64,000 nucleotides of DNA from Candidatus Zixiibacteriota bacterium (GTDB taxonomy: Bacteria; Zixibacteria; MSB-5A5; WJJR01; JAJRUJ01): NCBI GenBank assembly GCA_024277855.1, contig JAJRUJ010000011.1, positions 4,817-68,816 on the forward strand, given 5' to 3'. A model generated the notes under the pieces. That model worked only from the letters and a program-made list of their open reading frames with translations. It searched no databases and was not told where the DNA came from. How positions within the stretch are numbered: position 1 is the stretch's first letter; every line of letters starts with the position of its first letter. Made by a program: the position numbers and the translations under genes. Of the stretch, positions 57,841-64,000 are shown one piece after another.

Positions 57841-58939
57841 ATGGATATTTCGGCAACGATAAAAACCAACTCCGAGAGACTACAATCTCTTCGGGGGTTT
57901 CTTTGACCTGGAAGGCCGCCGGGCCGTCATTGCCAAGTTGGAAAAAGCCACCTCCGCCGACAATTTCTGGACCGACCAACGCAAGGCCCAAAAAGTCCTC
58001 AAAGAGATTGCCCTTCATAAATCGTGGATTTCCGGCTGGGAATATCTCCAGGCCCGACTTGATGATGTGACAGTTCTGCAGGAACTGGGTGAAGAGGAGA
58101 ACGATGCCTCATCGCTGGCGGAAGCTGAATCATTACTCGAGGGTCTTGCTGCCGATATCGAATTGTTCTCTTTGAGGACATTCCTTTCCGGTCCGGACGA
58201 TCCCAATGACTGCATTATGACGATCCATTCCGGCGCGGGGGGGACCGAGTCGTGCGATTGGGCCCAAATGTTGATGCGCATGTACACCCGTTGGATCGAG
58301 CGGCGAGGGTTTTCTTACGAAACTCTCGATATACAGGCGGGGGAAGAGGTGGGGATCAAGTCGGTCACGCTGGAGATCAAGGGTGAGTATGCCTTCGGCT
58401 ATCTCCGCGCCGAACTGGGTGTCCACCGACTGGTGCGTATCTCGCCGTTTGATGCGAACAAGCGCCGGCATACGTCGTTTGCCTCGGTATTTGTCATTCC
58501 GGAAGTCGACAACGATATTGAGATCAATATCCGCGATGAGGACCTGCGGGTCGACACCTATCGCGCGTCGGGGGCCGGCGGTCAGCATGTGAATAAAACA
58601 TCCTCGGCCGTTCGGCTGACCCATCTCCCGAGCGGGATAGTCGTACAGTGTCAGTCCGAGCGTTCACAACACAAGAACCGCGAGTCGGCGATGAAAGTCC
58701 TGCGGGCACGACTTTATCAACTGGAAAAAGAAAAAGAAGACGAGAAGAAGAAGGACCTCGAAAAATCGAAGAAGAAAATCGAATGGGGTTCACAGATCCG
58801 CTCGTATGTCTTCCAGCCCTACCAGATGGTCAAAGATGTGCGGACAAATTATGAAACGTCGAATATTCAGGCCGTAATGGACGGCGACCTCGATGGGTTC
58901 ATCAATGCGTTTCTCAGTTCGAACAAGAACGAAACATGA
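57841..58939 (+). CDS. prfB: Peptide chain release factor 2 with programmed +1 frameshift at CTT-TGA-C (57901-57907)
   Basis: ATG 57841 gives MDISATIKTNSERLQSLRGFL then TGA. Internal SD-like GGGGG lies 3 nt before the CTT. The +1 frame carries the SPF and GGQ motifs. Confidence 0.95.
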
Positions 58940-58969
58940 TCTCGCCGGATAGAATATAATCGATCCCCC

Positions 58970-59338
58970 ATGCGTGATTTGCCGGCAAAAAAGATGCAAT
59001 TTGCCTCGGATAATCTCGTTGAACAAATTATCCGGGGAGAGAAAACCGCCAGTGTGGCGCGGCTCGACGAAATCGCTGTCGACGAAGATGAGTACAATCA
59101 TGCGCTGGTTGTCGGTGAATATTACACTGTCTACAATAGCGCGTTGAAACCACGATGCACAATCCGCATCACCGGGATGGAGCTTTGCCGGTGGGGCGAT
59201 ATCCCCGAACAGCTTTGGCGGGGAGAAACCAATGACAACGCCGACGGGTTCAGGGATGACCATTGGGATTGGTTCGATTGTCCGGCCGATAATTTCGAGT
59301 TTGTGGCTTATTACTTCAGGTTGATTGATCGCTTGTAA
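58970..59338 (+). CDS. ASCH domain protein
   Basis: LVEQIIRGEKTAS and VGEYY...PRC-x-IRIT pattern. Confidence 0.8.
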   Translation: MRDLPAKKMQFASDNLVEQIIRGEKTASVARLDEIAVDEDEYNHALVVGEYYTVYNSALKPRCTIRITGMELCRWGDIPEQLWRGETNDNADGFRDDHWDWFDCPADNFEFVAYYFRLIDRL

Positions 59339-59345
59339 TTGATCC

Positions 59346-60395
59346 TCAAGTTGTTTTTGTGGCCAGTTGGCCGCAGGCGGCGGCGATATCCTCGCCAAAT
59401 GATTTCCTGATTGTCACCGCCGGGGCGCGGGGATAGAGGTAGTCGCGGAAAGCGAGGACTTTCTCCTCGTCAGGTTTCTCGAACGGCGAGCCGTCATGCG
59501 GATGGAAACGGATCAGGTTGATTTTGCAGGGAATACCGTGGATGAATGAAACAAGTTTCCGGGCATGAGCAATCGAATCATTAATGTCTTTCATCAGGAT
59601 GATCTCAAAAGTCACCCGGCGTCCGCGCTTGGCAGTAAAAGCCAGGGCGGCGTCCCGAATCTCGGCGAGTGAGTATTTCCGATCGATGGGCATCAATTCT
59701 CGACGGATTTCCTCATCGGCGGTAATCAGCGAGATTGCCAGATTCACTTTCAGCCCGGATTCGGCAAGTTGCCTGATCCTCGGCGCCAGTCCGACAGTTG
59801 AGATAGTCATCTTCCGTTGGGAAATCATCGGGCCGACCGAGGAACAAATGATCCGAACCGCCGTGACAATATTCTCAAAATTCAGCAATGCTTCGCCCAT
59901 GCCCATAAAGACGATATTGGTGATCCCGTCGCCGGGATCAATGAGGTCGTTGGCGGCCAACACCTGGCCGACAATTTCGGAAACTGACAGGTTGCGGGTA
60001 TAGCCCATCGTGCCGGTGGCGCAAAACTTGCAGCCGAGGGCACAGCCGATCTGGGAGGAGATACACAGTGTCCGGCGGGGAATGTCAAAGAGAATGACAC
60101 TCTCGAAAGCCCCATCCTCGACACGAAACAGCATCTTTTTAGTCCCATCGGCAGAATTGACAACCTGCTCGGGTGCGATGCGGTCGACGATGAAATTGGC
60201 CGACAGCCGATCCCGCAATCCGGTGGGGAGATTGCTCATCACCTGAAAATCGGTCTCGCGCTGGAGGTAGATCCAGCGGGACAACTGCCGTCCCCGGAAA
60301 CGGGGCTGGCCGTTGCGTTCGAGAACGTCGGACAGCTCATCCTCGTTGAGCCCGAACAGGTTAGGTTTTTCGTCGTTGACTATCATCGTGATCAT
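59346..60395 (-). CDS. rlmN: 23S rRNA/tRNA m2A methyltransferase (radical SAM)
   Basis: CISSQIGCALGCKFC, NIVFMGMGE, TISTVG, DIAAACGQL. Confidence 0.96.
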   Translation of the reverse strand: MITMIVNDEKPNLFGLNEDELSDVLERNGQPRFRGRQLSRWIYLQRETDFQVMSNLPTGLRDRLSANFIVDRIAPEQVVNSADGTKKMLFRVEDGAFESVILFDIPRRTLCISSQIGCALGCKFCATGTMGYTRNLSVSEIVGQVLAANDLIDPGDGITNIVFMGMGEALLNFENIVTAVRIICSSVGPMISQRKMTISTVGLAPRIRQLAESGLKVNLAISLITADEEIRRELMPIDRKYSLAEIRDAALAFTAKRGRRVTFEIILMKDINDSIAHARKLVSFIHGIPCKINLIRFHPHDGSPFEKPDEEKVLAFRDYLYPRAPAVTIRKSFGEDIAAACGQLATKTT

Positions 60396-60483
60396 TCCCC
60401 GTGATCAATTACTTAGGATGGTACGCAGAATCCTTTCAAACTAAAAGGGATGATCAAGAGGATTGACAGGATTGGGAAACGAC

Positions 60484-60515
60484 AAAAAAACCGCCTCGGT
60501 ATTCCCGAGGCGGTT
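60484..60515 (-). terminator. Intrinsic terminator downstream of pepA
   Basis: CCGCCTCGG-N5-CCGAGGCGG followed by T7 on the minus strand. Confidence 0.8.
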
Positions 60516-60658
60516 ACGGGTCAGGGTCTGTCGGTTACCAGCCCTTCCTGGGAGGATGTCTTGCATCTTCTCTTACGCCGGGCCGGCAGGTAAAGTTTCA
60601 CGGCTAATGAAAATTCCCGCAAAATTCGGTCACTAAATGTATCACGCTCCCTGCCCGA

Positions 60659-62155
60659 CTACTTCCAGTCGGTCAGCAACTGGATTAACAGCCGCACGCC
60701 ATAGCCGGTGCAGCCTTTCGGGATATACGGTTTTCCTTTGGTCTCCCAATCCATTGCGGCGATATCCAGATGTGCCCATTTGTTCTCGCCGACATATTTG
60801 CGCAAGAACCACGCGGCGGTGATTGTGCCGCCCAGCCGCCCGCCGGAATTTTTCATGTCGGCAACATCGGATTTGATCTGCTCGGCATACTCCTCAAACA
60901 TCGGCAGTTCCCAGACCCGTTCAGCCGTGGCCTCCGCCGCATGCTTGAATTTCTTTACCAACCCGGGATCGTTACTCAACAGGGCGGCAGTTTGGTCGCC
61001 CAGAGCGATTTCGGCGGCACCGGTCAGTGTCGCGACATCGATCAGCGCCTTGGGCTGGTACCGGTCGGCGTAAGTCAGTCCGTCGGCCAGGATCAGCCGG
61101 CCTTCGGCGTCAGTGGAGATGATCTCCACAGTCTGGCCGGACATAGTGGTGACGATGTCCCCCGGCCGGTAGGCGGCGCCGGAGGGCATGTTCTCCACCG
61201 TGGGGACGATGGTGACCAGATTGATCGGAAGTTTCAATCGCGCGACACCGATTGTGGCGGCGATCACGGTAGCCGACCCCATCATATCACCGATCATCTC
61301 GGTCATGCGCGCATTGGGTTTGATCGAGATGCCACCGGTGTCGAACGTTACTCCTTTACCGACCAGGCAGACATCAATGCCTTTTTTCCGTCGGTTGCCC
61401 CGGTACTCCATGATGATAAACCGAGGCGGGCGGGAGGAACCTTTGCCCACGCTCCAGACCCCGCCCATTTTGAGCTTTTTGATCTGGTCCGGGTTTAGAA
61501 CGGTGGTTTTAACGCCGCACGTTTTGGCCAATTTGACTGTCTCTTTTGCCAGGGTCTCCGGGTAGAGATCATTACCGGGAGTCATGACCAGCCACCGCGA
61601 AGTGTTAACGACTTCGGCGACAGTCCGGCCGCGCTCGACACCTTTTTCCACGCGGCGCGACTTCGAACGATCGGAAACGGCAATGGTCAATCCCTTGACG
61701 TGGAAACGAATCTCATCTTCGTTTGTCAGAAAATCGGCATATTGAAAATCGCCGAGAATCGCACCCTCGGCCGCGGCCTGGGCAAATGTCCCGGCGTCGA
61801 CTCTTCCCGCAGTTACCGGTGATACGGTGAGACCGCCGATCTTTTTCTTTGCCGCAATCTGGACGGCGGTACCCAGTGTGCGGCGCACAGTATCCATCGT
61901 GTATTTCCGTCGCTCACCGAGGCCGACCAGCAGAACACGGGGATATGGTGATTCGCCGGGGACATAAACCAACTGAGTTTGACCGACCTTGCCGGTAAAA
62001 TCACCGGACGCAAAAACCGTTTCTGTGGCATCGATCAATGTTTTCGGCAAATTGCGATACGTTGAGGACAGTCGTCGGGGATTTTCAAAGACCGGGATCA
62101 ACAAGGCCGAGTCGGTTAATTTTTCTACAGCTTTTGTGACTACGGATATCTTCAT
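60659..62155 (-). CDS. pepA: Leucyl aminopeptidase (M17)
   Basis: VGKGVTFDTGGISIK, DMMG, ENMPSG, STDAEGRL, ATLTGA, HLDIA. Confidence 0.95.
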   Translation of the reverse strand: MKISVVTKAVEKLTDSALLIPVFENPRRLSSTYRNLPKTLIDATETVFASGDFTGKVGQTQLVYVPGESPYPRVLLVGLGERRKYTMDTVRRTLGTAVQIAAKKKIGGLTVSPVTAGRVDAGTFAQAAAEGAILGDFQYADFLTNEDEIRFHVKGLTIAVSDRSKSRRVEKGVERGRTVAEVVNTSRWLVMTPGNDLYPETLAKETVKLAKTCGVKTTVLNPDQIKKLKMGGVWSVGKGSSRPPRFIIMEYRGNRRKKGIDVCLVGKGVTFDTGGISIKPNARMTEMIGDMMGSATVIAATIGVARLKLPINLVTIVPTVENMPSGAAYRPGDIVTTMSGQTVEIISTDAEGRLILADGLTYADRYQPKALIDVATLTGAAEIALGDQTAALLSNDPGLVKKFKHAAEATAERVWELPMFEEYAEQIKSDVADMKNSGGRLGGTITAAWFLRKYVGENKWAHLDIAAMDWETKGKPYIPKGCTGYGVRLLIQLLTDWK

Positions 62156-62368
62156 GTGTCTTACTCCCTTCTCGGGAACGATGCACCATGTTTCGACGAT
62201 CTGGTTGCCGTCGATGTATCCGGTTGGACGGCAATGGTCGGAAGATGACCGGTTTTACACTAAGTTGCAACGAAAAACCTTTAGCGGGGTGTTTGATCGG
62301 GATGGAGGTAGTCGATTTCGGGGATAAGGGTGGACATTATATTTTGTCTGACTGAAGCGAGTTTTGTC

Positions 62369-62587
62369 TCAGGTGGTTGAATCTACATTCGTCGATTCGA
62401 TCTCTGCTTTGCCGACAGCGTCGGAGTCCGCCGAGACACGGCGACGCTGATGGTCGAAAATCAGCGATGCACCCCAGGCAATCAGCCCGGCGATAAGCAG
62501 TTTAGAGCCGAGTCCACCATAATAGATGTCCCATCGATCCAGTAGAATCATCCCACCAAGCAATATCAGAAAAAATCCCCAGAACAT
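62369..62587 (-). CDS. Small two-TM protein (LiaI/LiaF-like, DUF5668-like)
   Basis: RBS GGGGAGG, MFWGFFLILLGGMILL...LLIAGLIAWG. Confidence 0.7.
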   Translation of the reverse strand: MFWGFFLILLGGMILLDRWDIYYGGLGSKLLIAGLIAWGASLIFDHQRRRVSADSDAVGKAEIESTNVDSTT

Positions 62588-62807
62588 TTGTCCTCCCCGT
62601 TGGTTACTTTATTTATTGTACGACCTGAATCTAAATTTGTTGCAATGGGGAGAGATAGGCGTCCGGCCAACAACCAGATTTTTCGTTTTCTTCAATCGGG
62701 TCACTTATGGATGGCGATAGGCCGAAAGTCCGGCCAATCGTCAACCTGGTTCAAGAGTAATTAATGATTACGTGTGTCCCTGAATCGGTGGCTGGGGCCA
62801 GACCAGA

Positions 62808-64000
62808 TCAGCTATTGTTTTTAACCAGTAGTTCACATAATTGAACATACTGCCGGCCCAGGATTGACCACTCGAGGTTTTCCAGGGCGTACCGGCGGCC
62901 TCGTGCGCCGATTTCCTCCCGATCTTCCTTCTTCATTGCCGCGAACTCGCGTAATGCCTGGTCCAGTTGATGAGGGTTATAAGGCTCGACTGAGATACCA
63001 GCTCGTGCTTCCTTGACGGGATCATTAGCCGCCCGGACAGCATGGACTATCGGTTTTCCGGCCATAAAATAGTCGCCAATCTTATTCGGGCTGATCCCAT
63101 ATTGGTAGACTTCGGCAGGATGCCAGCCAATGAAACAAATATCTGATTGGCGCAAAGCCGCGCGTACCCGGCTTTTTTTCATCCGAGGAAGGAAGGTGAC
63201 GAAATCTATGTTTTCGTCTTGCGTTCGTTGTTGCAGGGCTGACTTCTGCACTCCATTCCCGATGAGGATGAAGTGATACGGCCGTTGATTCCCACCGAGT
63301 CGTTGAAGGTCCAGAATCTGGTCTAAGGCGTTCGGCAGGCCGTGGGCGCCGGCATAAACAACAATTAGTTTTCCGGCCGCTTTACTCCGATCAAAGACTA
63401 CCTGATGTTCGGGCGGCAAAGGATCAGGTGTAGTATCCCATTCCGGCCGTGACACTCCATTCGGGATATGATGGAATTTCCGCGGGTCGAGGCCTTTCCG
63501 ACTCATATAATCGAGAGTGTTGGGAAGCAGGGAGACCACGGCCTGAGCGGTGCGAAAGGCACCTTTCTCGATGTGGGACATCCAAATGATCATGGGGTGC
63601 AGCGTGCTCATCCGCAGGGTCTCGACCAGGGACTCCGGCCACAAATCCCGGACTTCATAGATGAGTACCGCCTTAAAGCGTCGCGCCAATTTGGATGCTC
63701 GGGGGTAAGCGAAAGGGTGGGGGCATGACGAGATCATCACATCGGGTTTCGGGAGCCGCCCTGCAGAGACCGCCCGCGCCAAACGTGAAATCCCGTGTGC
63801 ATAATCGACCATATTGCGAAAACGGGTTAGTCCTTTTCCCTGATAGTTCCGAGCGGGCACGCAATAGTAATTGACCCCTTCGTGTTCGCTGAGCTGGTTG
63901 ATATTTGTGTTCTCGACCGGATGATCGGTAAGGTGATGATAGGATGCCCGAATCGTGATCGCGTCATGACCGTGATCGACAAATGAACGACACAAATAAT
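62808..64000 (-). CDS. Glycosyltransferase family 4 (WbuB-like), 5' partial
   Basis: YEVRDLWPESL, IPNGV, YAGAHG-x-x-NALD, YGISPNK-x-x-DY-x-x-AGKP. Frame open to the window edge. Confidence 0.9.
   Translation of the reverse strand, partial: YLCRSFVDHGHDAITIRASYHHLTDHPVENTNINQLSEHEGVNYYCVPARNYQGKGLTRFRNMVDYAHGISRLARAVSAGRLPKPDVMISSCPHPFAYPRASKLARRFKAVLIYEVRDLWPESLVETLRMSTLHPMIIWMSHIEKGAFRTAQAVVSLLPNTLDYMSRKGLDPRKFHHIPNGVSRPEWDTTPDPLPPEHQVVFDRSKAAGKLIVVYAGAHGLPNALDQILDLQRLGGNQRPYHFILIGNGVQKSALQQRTQDENIDFVTFLPRMKKSRVRAALRQSDICFIGWHPAEVYQYGISPNKIGDYFMAGKPIVHAVRAANDPVKEARAGISVEPYNPHQLDQALREFAAMKKEDREEIGARGRRYALENLEWSILGRQYVQLCELLVKNNS

Overview
A gene-dense, roughly 55%-GC (by eye) bacterial chromosomal segment. 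T9SS-like C-terminal sorting domains, PEP-CTERM proteins, TPR-sigma54 activators and an archaeal-type HMG-CoA synthase suggest an FCB-group diderm such as a Zixibacteria-like lineage (inference, not searched). 1.5-11.2 kb: a small exported-peptide gene sits directly upstream of a TPR-GAF-AAA+ sigma54 activator. Both face a divergent operon with a GG-N10-GC sigma54 promoter, encoding a lipoprotein, an outer-membrane barrel, a secreted M6 metalloprotease and a second lipoprotein. This is my best candidate for an undescribed peptide-signalling (RRNPP-like) system in a diderm. 15.5-17 kb: two sigma54-preceded PEP-CTERM genes. 17.4-34.8 kb: a branched-chain acyl-CoA supercluster with an archaeal-type HMGS/thiolase/DUF35 trio, methylcrotonyl-CoA carboxylase and hydratase but no HMG-CoA lyase, thiolase, hbd, two acyl-CoA dehydrogenases (one with an in-frame TAG), ilvE, and a B12 mutase with isobutyryl-CoA-mutase signatures plus MeaB. 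34.8-64 kb is mostly housekeeping: recJ, rnpB, guaB, two tRNAs, dnaG, mutS2, cvpA, rpsU, rsmE, glnA, PBP1A, tyrS, frameshifted prfB, rlmN and pepA. It also holds a signal peptidase I homologue lacking both catalytic residues and a three-gene barrel/lamin-tail/PorV-like cluster. Several families of short GC-rich palindromes and one 88-bp hairpin direct repeat occur between genes. I saw no CRISPR array, rRNA, transposase or integrase. All family assignments come from motif recognition by eye.
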